A stretch of 64,000 nt of DNA from positions 442 through 64,441 of the forward strand of contig JAMCZK010000013.1 in the NCBI GenBank assembly GCA_023485685.1, written 5' to 3'. Source of the stretch: Chloroflexota bacterium. Its GTDB lineage: Bacteria; Chloroflexota; Anaerolineae; Anaerolineales; UBA11579. The position numbers were made by a program, and so were the translations under genes. Of this stretch, positions 28,386-37,203 are shown piece by piece; within the stretch, counting starts at the first letter, position 1; each line of letters opens with the position of its first letter. The notes beneath the pieces were generated by a model, which was not told where the DNA came from, searched no databases, and saw nothing but the letters and a program-made list of their open reading frames with translations.

Positions 28386-29747
28386 TCACGCGCGAATGGG
28401 AATACTCTCTAGCGGCAGCGTGATTGCGGCATCCGTCAGCAGACGGCCTTGCATGGACCAGGGTCCCGTCCAGGTAATCTGCACCGGCAGCATCTGGCCA
28501 CGCAGCTCGCGGTCAGATTGCACGAAGACTAACTTATTGGTCTCAGTGCGGCCCTTCCAGCGACCCTTCACTTCTTCCTCAAACAGCACCTTCACTGTTT
28601 CCCCCAGATAGCGGGCGTTAATCTCGGCCACGATGCCTTCTTGCATCTCTTCAATCGCTTTCAGGCGGCGCAACTTTTCGTCTTCGGGCACGTCGTCAGC
28701 CAGGCGGCGGGCGGCCACGGTGCCTTCGCGCTCCGAGTAGCGCGCCACATGCACCACATCTAGCTTCAGGTCCGCCAACAAATCATACGTGGATCGGAAT
28801 TGCTGTTCTGTTTCTCCGGGAAATCCGAGAATCACATCTGTGGCAATGGCCACATTGGGAATGATCTGGCGGATGCGGGCGATCAGGCGGCCATAATCCT
28901 CAGCGGTATAGCCGCGCTTCATGTTCTCCAATACCTGGTTACCACCCGCTTGGATGGGGACTTCGATATGGGGCATTACTTTAGGCAGTTCGGCTACCGT
29001 TTCCAGAAGCTCGTCGGTCATCCAGTTCGGGTGCGACGTAAGAAAACGGATGCGCTCTATGCCGTCGATTTCGCTCACATGTCTTAGCAGCAAGGGCAGG
29101 CTGGGGCCATCGGGTACGTCTTTTCCGTAGCGATCCACGATCTGGCCGAGGAGGGTGACTTCCTTCACGCCTTGTGATGCCAGTGAACGCACCTCGGCCA
29201 CGATTTCGCCCCACGGCCGGCTGCGCTCGGCGCCGCGGCGGTAGGGGATGATACAGAAGGTGCAGGCGTGTGAGCAGCCAAATACCACGGGCACGTGGGC
29301 GGCTACCAGGCTGCCGCGCTCGTACTCCGGGAGCATCAGATCACCATCCATGAGAGCGAAGCGCTGCTCAGTCTCTTTCAATGCAATGAAGCGACTGTCG
29401 TGCTGGGTGAGGTGTGCGACCAGCGGCCCGGGGTCCGAGGGCGGGGAAAATACATCTACAAAGGGCAATTGCCGGCGCAGCCGGTCCTGGCCTTTAACGC
29501 CCACTAGGCAGCCCATCAGGTTGATGGTGAGGCTGGGATTCTGCTCCTTAAGCGGCTTGAGCGAGGTGACGCGGCCCATGGCCTTGTCCTCGGCTTGTTG
29601 CCGCACCACGCAGGTGTTGAGCACGATCACGTCAGCTTGCTCGATCTGCTCCACGGCGCGATAGCCCAGGCGCTCTAACGCCGAGGCCACTCGCTGCGAA
29701 TCGGCCACGTTCATCTGGCAACCCTCGGTCCAGATGTGATATTTCAT
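28386..29747 (-). CDS. miaB: tRNA-i6A37 methylthiotransferase
   Basis: 453 aa. N-terminal MTTase domain (TEGCQMN), radical-SAM motif CSHACTFCIIP and a C-terminal TRAM domain. Confidence 0.93.
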   Translation of the reverse strand: MKYHIWTEGCQMNVADSQRVASALERLGYRAVEQIEQADVIVLNTCVVRQQAEDKAMGRVTSLKPLKEQNPSLTINLMGCLVGVKGQDRLRRQLPFVDVFSPPSDPGPLVAHLTQHDSRFIALKETEQRFALMDGDLMLPEYERGSLVAAHVPVVFGCSHACTFCIIPYRRGAERSRPWGEIVAEVRSLASQGVKEVTLLGQIVDRYGKDVPDGPSLPLLLRHVSEIDGIERIRFLTSHPNWMTDELLETVAELPKVMPHIEVPIQAGGNQVLENMKRGYTAEDYGRLIARIRQIIPNVAIATDVILGFPGETEQQFRSTYDLLADLKLDVVHVARYSEREGTVAARRLADDVPEDEKLRRLKAIEEMQEGIVAEINARYLGETVKVLFEEEVKGRWKGRTETNKLVFVQSDRELRGQMLPVQITWTGPWSMQGRLLTDAAITLPLESIPIRA

Positions 29748-29861
29748 ATAGAATCCGGATTATATCAATGTGATCCTAATGCTCGTGCATGGGCCTTTAT
29801 CTTTATCATGGAGAAGGCGTGCCCTTAGAGCCTTAATTACAAGGATTTCGGCGGACCACAC

Positions 29862-30272
29862 CTACCAACAGATATCCAGCATGATTTGATAATCTGCTGG
29901 GTCCGCGGGCTGGGAGACCAGCGGATACGGATCGACTTGAACCAGAGTGACCACTTGACTCGGGAGGGTGATCGAACTCATATCGCCTTCAAGTAGCTCG
30001 CCCAGTGTAAGCGTGTATGGTTGTATTTCTGTCCCAAAGTTGCGTCTAAAAGGACTTTTACCTTCCTTGCCAAACGCACATGGCGTCTGCCGGGCAGCGA
30101 CTATCCTCTACTACTTCGAGAAAGGTAATCTTGATCGACCCACCCGCATTGGAGATGCTTTCCCGGGGACTCAGCTCAACGTTGCCTTCTCGAAGTATGT
30201 GAGTCGAGGGTGAACAGGCAGTGAATGATATCAGTGCAACCGCGACGAGTGGAAAAATGCTTTGGCCTTCAT
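29862..30272 (-). pseudogene. Small lipoprotein gene with two compensating frameshifts
   Basis: ATG 30270-30272 gives MKAKAFF, then the frame is lost at an A5/T5 run (30253-30257). The shifted frame reads PLVAVALISFTAC (lipobox)...EVVEDSRCPADAMCVWQG and stops. The original frame resumes near 30061-30069 and reads ...TEIQPYTLTLGEL...DPADYQIMLDICW to the stop at 29862. Confidence 0.5.
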
Positions 30273-30362
30273 TAAAAATCCTATCTGTGAGTTTGTAGGA
30301 TTAACGCCAGATTTATTTCCTATTTTCCCTTACTTTCGTTTGTAAATGGGTAAAATCTGGCG

Positions 30363-31574
30363 ATGTTTTTTCGCCGAATGGCTTTATTTTCAGTAGGTGC
30401 TGTTTTGCTGGCCTTCCTTGTTTACCAAATCCCCTGGGTCCGCCTCCGCGTGGACTGGCGGCTGCAGGTTGCGCAAACCTATATCACCAGCCGCCTGAAC
30501 CCCGCCGGCGCGCTACCTCCGCCGCAGATTGAGAGTTCAGAGATACCTTTTGCGACCGCAAACAGCCCCACTTCGCAACCCCCGACGGCAATTCCGCAGG
30601 CCACCCCGACGCCGCTGCCGTTGTCAGTGCAGTTAACGCCGGCGGAATACGAGTTACAGGGTCCTAACAATTGCGGCCCTGCCACGTTAGCGATGTACCT
30701 GCGTTATTACGGTTGGGATGGCGACCAATATGATATTTCGGACGAGATCAAGCCGGTAACTAGGGACCGCAACGTCAATGTGGACGAGCTCATTTATTAC
30801 ACGAGTAATTGGGCGGGATGGCTGAAATCCACTTTTCGTGTCGGCGGTGACATCGATCTGCTCAAACAATTCCTGGCCGCCGGCATCCCGGTAATGGTGG
30901 AGAAGGGGTATGTCATCGAGATCGATTATTTCTATCAGGATGATTATTGGAACGGGCACTACGCGCTGGTCACCGGATACGATGACGCCGCACAAACCTT
31001 TACGTATCAGGACAGCTACAAAGGCCCCGATGAGCAAATAGATTACGCGGAATTTGATGAATTCTGGCAGCAATTCAACCGCGTATTCATCCTTCTTTAC
31101 CTGCCGGAGCAGGAACAGACAGTTATCAATCTGCTCGGCGCTGACTGGGATGAAGAAGTCAACCGCCAAAATGCTTTGGCTATTGCCCAGGCGGAAACGA
31201 TTTCGGATCCTGACAATGCTTTCCCCTGGTTCAATCTTGGTATGAACCAGGTCTATTTCGAAGATTACGCCGCTGCGGCTGCTTCATTTGACCGCGCCCG
31301 CGAGATCGGCTTGCCGATGCGCATGTTGCGCTACCAGTTCGGTCCTTTTTTCGCGTATTACAATGTCGGGCGTATGGACGATTTGAACGAATTGTTGGAT
31401 TACGCCCTACAGATCACACCCGAATCCGAAGAGGCGTTCATTTGGAAGGGCTGGATGTTGTATCGACAAGGGGACAATAACCGGGCTATCTCGCAGTTTC
31501 TCTTGGCCCAGGAAGCCAATCCCAAATCTGTTTACGTGGCGCAAGCGCTGAGTTTTATGGGCGTGACGCCCTGA
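30363..31574 (+). CDS. Membrane-anchored C39-like cysteine peptidase domain protein with C-terminal TPR repeats
   Basis: N-terminal TM segment and a Pro-rich linker. GPNNCGPATLAMYLRYYGW supplies the catalytic Cys context and NGHYALVTGYDD a His context. TPR-like repeats fill the C-terminus. Confidence 0.65.
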   Translation: MFFRRMALFSVGAVLLAFLVYQIPWVRLRVDWRLQVAQTYITSRLNPAGALPPPQIESSEIPFATANSPTSQPPTAIPQATPTPLPLSVQLTPAEYELQGPNNCGPATLAMYLRYYGWDGDQYDISDEIKPVTRDRNVNVDELIYYTSNWAGWLKSTFRVGGDIDLLKQFLAAGIPVMVEKGYVIEIDYFYQDDYWNGHYALVTGYDDAAQTFTYQDSYKGPDEQIDYAEFDEFWQQFNRVFILLYLPEQEQTVINLLGADWDEEVNRQNALAIAQAETISDPDNAFPWFNLGMNQVYFEDYAAAAASFDRAREIGLPMRMLRYQFGPFFAYYNVGRMDDLNELLDYALQITPESEEAFIWKGWMLYRQGDNNRAISQFLLAQEANPKSVYVAQALSFMGVTP

Positions 31575-31592
31575 TCTATCACACGAGGAAAA

Positions 31593-32030
31593 ATGAAAAA
31601 ATCCGGAGAGCTGATTTGCGCGTTAGCGATCACCGCGATGCTGGCTGCCTGTGGTCCTGCAACGGCCACACCGGAACCTTTTATCGAGCCTGACTACCTG
31701 ATCGAGCAATTAATCCCCCCACTGGAGGCGCCGGAGGGTGCGCAGCAGCTCGGGGGCGGGGGCGGAGGCGGACCCAACGGGATGGGCGTTGGCGCCTTTT
31801 TCATTAGTGACCTGACTATCGGCGAAGTTCATCAGCATTATTACGAACAGCTGGAAGAGGCTGGTTGGCGTTTCATCTCCGAGCAAGATTCGGAAAACGA
31901 AATGATCACATTTTGGGAATTGTCCGATAAGGATGGCGCTGCCTGGTCTGGGAAATTGGAGGTTGTCTTCAGCCCTCCAGATTTCCCCGACACCTATAAA
32001 GTGGATGTCATGATCCTGCTCCCTCGATAA
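31593..32030 (+). CDS. Small lipoprotein, unknown function
   Basis: Signal peptide with lipobox (AMLAAC) and a glycine run. Confidence 0.6.
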   Translation: MKKSGELICALAITAMLAACGPATATPEPFIEPDYLIEQLIPPLEAPEGAQQLGGGGGGGPNGMGVGAFFISDLTIGEVHQHYYEQLEEAGWRFISEQDSENEMITFWELSDKDGAAWSGKLEVVFSPPDFPDTYKVDVMILLPR

Positions 32031-32061
32031 CAAAACACAATCGCCTGCCGTTGTCGTAGAT

Positions 32062-32211
32062 GTGATCCGCAAATTGAAATCCGGCAAGTATCGTCTCTAT
32101 TCGAAGAAGAAAGATCCCAAAACCGGCAAACGACGCAATCTTGGCACTTTCAATACACGTGCAGCTGCCGAAAAGCACGAACGCGAGGTCCAGTATTTCA
32201 AACGACAATAA
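32062..32211 (+). CDS. 49-aa basic small protein (below the ORF-track cutoff)
   Basis: GTG start. Translation VIRKLKSGKYRLYSKKKDPKTGKRRNLGTFNTRAAAEKHEREVQYFKRQ looks protein-like and is followed directly by a strong terminator. The family assignment is from memory only. Confidence 0.45.
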   Translation: MIRKLKSGKYRLYSKKKDPKTGKRRNLGTFNTRAAAEKHEREVQYFKRQ

Positions 32212-32226
32212 TGCGGCAAACGAAAA

Positions 32227-32248
32227 GGGCAGGCTCCAAAACCTGCCC
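32227..32248. terminator. Bidirectional rho-independent terminator between convergent genes
   Basis: gggcagg-ctccaaaa-cctgccc, flanked by an A-run upstream and a T-run downstream. Confidence 0.65.
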
Positions 32249-32277
32249 CTTTTTGCCCTTGGCAAAAAAAAAATCAG

Positions 32278-33822
32278 TTACTGTTCCATTGTCCCAACCC
32301 AGTTCTGTCCAGCGATTTCCAATCTCACCTGATCTTCCTCGAAGCGCATCCATAAAAACATCAGATCCAAACCGGGGCCTTCGTTGTATTCGATGATGAA
32401 GGTTTGTTCATCCACCCACTCGGCGCGGGCTTTGACAATCCTACCGTTCACGCTGTCGCGGTACAACCCATCCAACCCGGCCATATCCAGGCGCGGCTCT
32501 GGCTCGTAGGCTACTTTGAGTTCGAATTGCATTTGATTTGGCTCATCAAAAGTTAGTGCGATGTACTCCAGTAAGGTGTTTGGCTCTCCTACAAACCTCT
32601 TCCCGGAAATCTCGCGTGCGATGTCTGGCAGAGGTGGCACGGGTTCTGTCTCAGGAGCCTGCGCAACCCCGGCTATCGCTTCCTGCAGCAGTGCCTGGCC
32701 TTCAACATTCTCTGGCAGCGCCGGGGCTCCACTCTCTACGTCGCCGACGGACGCTTCGATGAACTGGTCGACCTGACTGGGGTCAAAACCGGCCCCGGTT
32801 TTCACGATGACTACGTCAAATGCAGGCACGACTTGGATCTCTTGACCGCCGCGACCAGAGGCCATGTAAGCAAAGATTTCGTCCAGGTTAACCCACCAGC
32901 CGTATCCGTAGGCCTCGCCATTGTCGGCTACCAGCCGCGGCTTGACCGCGTTTTCCACCCATTTGCGAGAAATTATTTGCTGCCCCTCCCACATTCCATT
33001 GTTCAGCCACAGGTAACCTACCTTGGCCATGTCGCGCGGATACATGGCGAGGTCTCCCCAGCCGTGATTGAACCCTGTGGCATCTGCAGGCCAGTAGACT
33101 TCCTCGATACCAAGTGGATCGAACAGGTTCTCCTGGGCAAACTCTAGAGTGCTCATTCCCGTCGCCTGGGTCAGGATGGCAGACAACATGTGCGAGCCTG
33201 GGCTGCAGTAGTCCCAAACAGTACCAGGTTGGTGAATAGGCTTGAGATCGAGGGTGAACTGCACCCAATCATCACTGGCTTTCATCTGTTGTAATGTAGG
33301 CTCTCCCTCGGATGTCCGATAGCAATCCAACCCCGAACTCATGGTGACGAGATGGCGAACGGTGATCTGTTTCTTCCATTCATCGAGGTTGGCAATGGTC
33401 CGTTCGGGGAAAAAGGAAATCATCGGCGCATCCAGGTCCAGCAAGCCCTTGTCAGCTGCGATACCGATCAATGTAGTTGTGATGCTCTTGGTCACCGAAG
33501 CCACATCATGCAGAGTGGTTCCGTCGTAGGGATAGAAATAGGCATCGAGAAATATTGTTCCATGGCGGACGATCGTGAGGCTGTGGATGGCGGTGCCATT
33601 CGTCTTCATCGTGTTGATGGCAATCGCCAATTTCGCGGAGTCGAATCCCCGGGATTCCGGGGAAGCTGTTTCCCAGCCATTCGTCGGCCAGTAATCGCGG
33701 GTCGGCGCGCTGGCGCGCGGCCAAAAGGTAAAGACGCCCGCGGCGACTAACGAAACGCTGAGAACGGCGAAGATAATTCGAGCCGGACTAAGCCAACTCT
33801 TGCTGCTTAGTGTGTTGCTCAT
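32278..33822 (-). CDS. Membrane-anchored beta-lactamase-fold serine hydrolase (class C / PBP4*-like), paralog A
   Basis: S-x-x-K motif in ASVTKSITT, an N-terminal TM anchor and a ~150-aa C-terminal extra domain. ATG 33822 follows GGAGG. Confidence 0.85.
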   Translation of the reverse strand: MSNTLSSKSWLSPARIIFAVLSVSLVAAGVFTFWPRASAPTRDYWPTNGWETASPESRGFDSAKLAIAINTMKTNGTAIHSLTIVRHGTIFLDAYFYPYDGTTLHDVASVTKSITTTLIGIAADKGLLDLDAPMISFFPERTIANLDEWKKQITVRHLVTMSSGLDCYRTSEGEPTLQQMKASDDWVQFTLDLKPIHQPGTVWDYCSPGSHMLSAILTQATGMSTLEFAQENLFDPLGIEEVYWPADATGFNHGWGDLAMYPRDMAKVGYLWLNNGMWEGQQIISRKWVENAVKPRLVADNGEAYGYGWWVNLDEIFAYMASGRGGQEIQVVPAFDVVIVKTGAGFDPSQVDQFIEASVGDVESGAPALPENVEGQALLQEAIAGVAQAPETEPVPPLPDIAREISGKRFVGEPNTLLEYIALTFDEPNQMQFELKVAYEPEPRLDMAGLDGLYRDSVNGRIVKARAEWVDEQTFIIEYNEGPGLDLMFLWMRFEEDQVRLEIAGQNWVGTMEQ

Positions 33823-33879
33823 GAGGTCCTCCAAACCTTTTCCAGGTCAAATTGAGTTGCCCCTAAGATAGCCAGTATC

Positions 33880-33909
33880 GGTTAGGCTTGTCGCCTAGAA
33901 AAAGTTAGG
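33880..33909 (-). promoter_or_regulatory. Conserved 30-nt upstream box, copy A
   Basis: ggttaggcttgtcgcctagaaaaagttagg matches 35610-35639 at 29 of 30 positions. It lies 57 nt upstream of the start and contains TAGGC-N5-GCCTA. Confidence 0.4.
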
Positions 33910-33925
33910 TTTTAGGTCTGGATAG

Positions 33926-33956
33926 AAAAAGCGCAGGTACATACCTGCGCTTTTTT
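33926..33956. terminator. Bidirectional rho-independent terminator between the two serine-hydrolase paralogs
   Basis: aaaaa-gcgcagg-tacata-cctgcgc-tttttt. Confidence 0.7.
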
Positions 33957-33985
33957 CCTTTCTCCTATTCTTCAGGCTGTTTTTA

Positions 33986-35554
33986 TCAGGGCTCCATGGT
34001 CCCCACGAAAGTCCCCACGTCGGTGATTTTCATCTCCAGTTGATTGCCTTCGAATTTCATCCAGAAGAACAATAGGTTTAGCCCAGGGCCTTCGTTGTAC
34101 TCGATGACAAAGGTTTTTTCATCCACCCATTCGCCGCGGGCAAGGACAGGTTTACCAGAAACGCTTGCTCGGTAAAGGCCATCCAGTCCGACAAGACTCA
34201 CACGCGGTTCAGATTCATTTTGAACTGTAAATTCAAGCCTCGCTTCCCCTGTTTCAGGGAAGGTGAGCGTCAAAGCCGAATTCAAGATGCCGTTGCTCTC
34301 CAAGATGAAGTTCTTGCCTGAAATTTCTTGGACAATCGCCGGCAAGGATGGCACCGGTTCGGCTTCGGGCGCATCCAGGATCGCCACCAGTGCTTCCTGC
34401 AACTGTGCTTGTCCTTCGGGATTCTCCGGCATTCCATTCTCCAGGTCGCCCACTGCAGATCCAAGGTAATTGTCGATCTGTCCCGGGTCGTAGCCTCCGC
34501 CGGTCTTTACAATCACAACATTAAATTCGGGTATTACCTGTATCTCCTGCCCGCCTCGCCCGGAGGCCATATAAGAGAATGGTTCATCATCATTCAGCCA
34601 AATTCCGTAGCCGTAGTCTTGTCCGCGGTCGGTCCCGATTTGTGGGGTGATCGCATTTTCAACCCATTCTCGCGAAACGATCTGTTGGCCATCCCAAGCG
34701 CCTAAATTCAGCCACAGGTACCCGATTTTGGCAGCATCTTGAGGGTACATTGCCAGGTCTCCCCACCCATAGTTGATCCCATTGGAGTCGGCAGGCCAAA
34801 AGACTTCTTCGATGCCCAAGGGCCCAAACAGATGCTTCTGGGCAAAGGCAAGCTCGCTCATTCCCGTTGCCTGCGTAAGGATGGCGGACAACATGTAGGA
34901 ACCTGGGCTGCAGTAGGCGAAGACAGTTCCAGGCTCATGAATTGCCTCGAGGTCGAGGACAAACTGTATCCAGTCATCGCTGGCTCGCATTTCAGCCTGC
35001 GTCCGCTCCTCACCGCCTTTGTCGTCGCAGTGGAGACCAGAGCTCATCGTCATAAGATCGCGTACAGTGATCTGCTCCTTCCATTCGTTGCGATTGGCGA
35101 TCGTTCGCTCGGGGAAGAATGAAACCATGCTGTCGTCCAGGTTCAAGTATCCTTTGTCGATGGCAATGCCGATAAGAGTTGTTGTGACGCTCTTGGTTGC
35201 GGATGCCATGTCATGCAGCGTGGTGCCATCGTATGGATAAAAATAAGCATCCAATACGATCTGGCCATTTCGCATGACCAACCAACTGTGCATCGGGGTT
35301 TCATTGCGCTTTACGGTGTCAAGCACTGTCGCCAACTTGGCCGAATCCAGTCCCAGCGACTCTGGTGAGGCGAATTGCCATCCCTCCGTCGGCCAGTAGT
35401 CTGCGGCTGGCACGTTCGCCTGCGGAAGGGCGACAGACGCGGTTGCCCGCGGCCAAAAATAAAACGCGGCTGCCCCGGCCAGTGAAACCCCCAATACGAT
35501 AATGATGATTCGGATCGGATTAAGCCAACCCTTGCTGCTGATAATGTTGCTCAT
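33986..35554 (-). CDS. Membrane-anchored beta-lactamase-fold serine hydrolase, paralog B
   Basis: 522 aa, collinear and highly similar to 32278-33822. S-x-x-K in ASATKSVTT. ATG follows AGGAGG. Confidence 0.85.
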   Translation of the reverse strand: MSNIISSKGWLNPIRIIIIVLGVSLAGAAAFYFWPRATASVALPQANVPAADYWPTEGWQFASPESLGLDSAKLATVLDTVKRNETPMHSWLVMRNGQIVLDAYFYPYDGTTLHDMASATKSVTTTLIGIAIDKGYLNLDDSMVSFFPERTIANRNEWKEQITVRDLMTMSSGLHCDDKGGEERTQAEMRASDDWIQFVLDLEAIHEPGTVFAYCSPGSYMLSAILTQATGMSELAFAQKHLFGPLGIEEVFWPADSNGINYGWGDLAMYPQDAAKIGYLWLNLGAWDGQQIVSREWVENAITPQIGTDRGQDYGYGIWLNDDEPFSYMASGRGGQEIQVIPEFNVVIVKTGGGYDPGQIDNYLGSAVGDLENGMPENPEGQAQLQEALVAILDAPEAEPVPSLPAIVQEISGKNFILESNGILNSALTLTFPETGEARLEFTVQNESEPRVSLVGLDGLYRASVSGKPVLARGEWVDEKTFVIEYNEGPGLNLLFFWMKFEGNQLEMKITDVGTFVGTMEP

Positions 35555-35609
35555 GTGTTCCTCCTAACTTTTTTCAGGTAGTCGATTTGAATCCACCATA
35601 GCGGGTAAG

Positions 35610-35639
35610 GGTTAGGGTTGTCGCCTAGAAAAAGTTAGG
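35610..35639 (-). promoter_or_regulatory. Conserved 30-nt upstream box, copy B
   Basis: ggttagggttgtcgcctagaaaaagttagg, 55 nt upstream of the start of paralog B. Confidence 0.4.
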
Positions 35640-35660
35640 GTCTGGTCAAAGACCAGACCC
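35638..35660 (-). terminator. Hairpin terminator candidate after the LuxR-type gene
   Basis: gggtctggtc-aaa-gaccagaccc is a 10-bp perfect stem. On the minus strand, T-rich sequence follows after 4 nt. Confidence 0.5.
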
Positions 35661-35710
35661 TTATTGCGAGCAATCCTCTAAGTAGCTAAAAACTCAATTG
35701 GCGAGGTTGA

Positions 35711-37030
35711 TTAGAGAGGGGTTTGATTTTTGGAAAGAAGGCGAAACTCTCTGGCGCGTACCAGCGCTTGGGTTCGGCTGTTGACCCCCAGCTTGGTATA
35801 GATGTTATTGGTGTGCCACTTTACAGTACCAACCGTCAGGTAAAGTTGATCGGCAATTTCCCTGTTGGAAAGACCCGCGTCAATGAAGCCCAAGACGTCC
35901 TTCTCGCGTTCACTGAGGGGATCGGCCAGGGGGGCAGGTGTCTTCGTTGTTGTTTGGGTGATTCCCAGGTAGGGCTGAATGCCAAAGAACCGACGATCCA
36001 CAAAATGTTGCAATTGTTGACGCGCGGGCTGAAACAAAATGGCGATGATCACGGCGGATGCGGTGAGCATGACCGAGGTGAACTGGTTGCCGAACAGGGC
36101 GATCGATAGATTTTGAAGCAGCAGTGCGGAGCCAAAGAATACGAGACCAAGCAGTAAGGTGAGGAAACTATATACGATGCCGCGATTGATATAGAAGTCG
36201 ATATCCCAAAGGTGGTATCGCAGGATGGAAATGGTGATGACCGTCGGGAGGATCAGCAGAACGACGATCTGTACAAAAGTGCGGAACACTTCGTAGATAA
36301 AGATCACGGAACTTGCCGGTGCAAAGTAATTGAGTGCTGCGAAATGGATGAGGTTCAAGCCATAAGCGATCAGGATAATGACGGCAGTTCCAAACACTAC
36401 CCATTTGATCTGTTGCTGTTGTTCCGCCGACGTAGTTCGGTATCGGTAGATGAGTGCAAGCAGGCCGCTGCCCAGAAAGACCAGGTCGAGGATATCTTCG
36501 GTGGCGTCTCCTGGGAGGAGGTCGAGTTGGACGATCCCTAGATAGATCAGCCATGGCGCTAACAGCCAGCCAATCCACTTCGGCACCACGCGCCCATCCG
36601 GAAAAGAAAACATGAATAACAATGACAAGAAATCCGCCATCATCTCGTAAACACGGAGGGATGGAGGCAATGGTTCGGGTAAATAATTGATCACCCCGTT
36701 GGTCACCCCGATAACAATTAAAGCAGCGGAAAAAAACAACGCCGGTCGGTTATCCCCGCGCCGCCAAAAGATCAACGCAGCCGCGGCAAGAAATCCCGCG
36801 ATGAGCAAGACACGCAAAAAGAGCGCGGTGAAGGACAGGGCTTCAATTACGATGGGCGATAAGTTGAGCAGGGTAAGCTCTTCTGGGGCGGAAGCCAAGA
36901 AAATCGCTTTGTACGACGCTGCGGGGGTCCCAAGAACAATGATCCCCAGGCTCAGAAACAATAGTCCCCACCAAGCGATTCGCGCCCATTTGTTTCCAAA
37001 TGGCAAGGCAACTCCTTTGCGGGAAAGCAA
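35711..37030 (-). CDS. Polytopic membrane protein fused to a C-terminal LuxR/FixJ-type HTH (membrane-bound one-component regulator)
   Basis: About 350 aa with 8-10 hydrophobic spans, then LSEREKDVLGFIDAGLSNREIADQLYLTVGTVKWHTNNIYTKLGV (the GerE/LuxR_C signature). No receiver or kinase domain is present. Confidence 0.75.
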   Translation of the reverse strand: MLSRKGVALPFGNKWARIAWWGLLFLSLGIIVLGTPAASYKAIFLASAPEELTLLNLSPIVIEALSFTALFLRVLLIAGFLAAAALIFWRRGDNRPALFFSAALIVIGVTNGVINYLPEPLPPSLRVYEMMADFLSLLFMFSFPDGRVVPKWIGWLLAPWLIYLGIVQLDLLPGDATEDILDLVFLGSGLLALIYRYRTTSAEQQQQIKWVVFGTAVIILIAYGLNLIHFAALNYFAPASSVIFIYEVFRTFVQIVVLLILPTVITISILRYHLWDIDFYINRGIVYSFLTLLLGLVFFGSALLLQNLSIALFGNQFTSVMLTASAVIIAILFQPARQQLQHFVDRRFFGIQPYLGITQTTTKTPAPLADPLSEREKDVLGFIDAGLSNREIADQLYLTVGTVKWHTNNIYTKLGVNSRTQALVRAREFRLLSKNQTPL

Positions 37031-37118
37031 GAAACAGGCGGGAAGCTTGCATTATATGCCGAAGCTAGCTCTTCTCTTAACTATTTGTTAGAACTTAAAG
37101 CTTATTCGTGCCGGTTTC

Positions 37119-37147
37119 TTGACTTGCCTAGCTGCGCTTGTTAAAAT
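37119..37147 (+). promoter_or_regulatory. Sigma-70-type promoter of the hrcA-grpE-dnaK-dnaJ operon
   Basis: TTGACT (37119-37124), a 17-nt spacer, then TAAAAT (37142-37147). Confidence 0.6.
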
Positions 37148-37162
37148 GGCTGAATGCTGCGT

Positions 37163-37189
37163 TTAGCACTCTCGACCAGAGAGTGCTAA
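37163..37189 (+). promoter_or_regulatory. CIRCE operator (HrcA binding site)
   Basis: Perfect TTAGCACTC-N9-GAGTGCTAA, 14 nt upstream of the hrcA ATG. Confidence 0.92.
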
Positions 37190-37203
37190 AACAAGCCGAA
37201 ATT

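Noticed and set aside
29968-30213. 81-aa + strand ORF
   Set aside because: It is antisense to the frameshifted lipoprotein gene, whose translated segments (lipobox, DSRCP..CVW motif) are much more protein-like.
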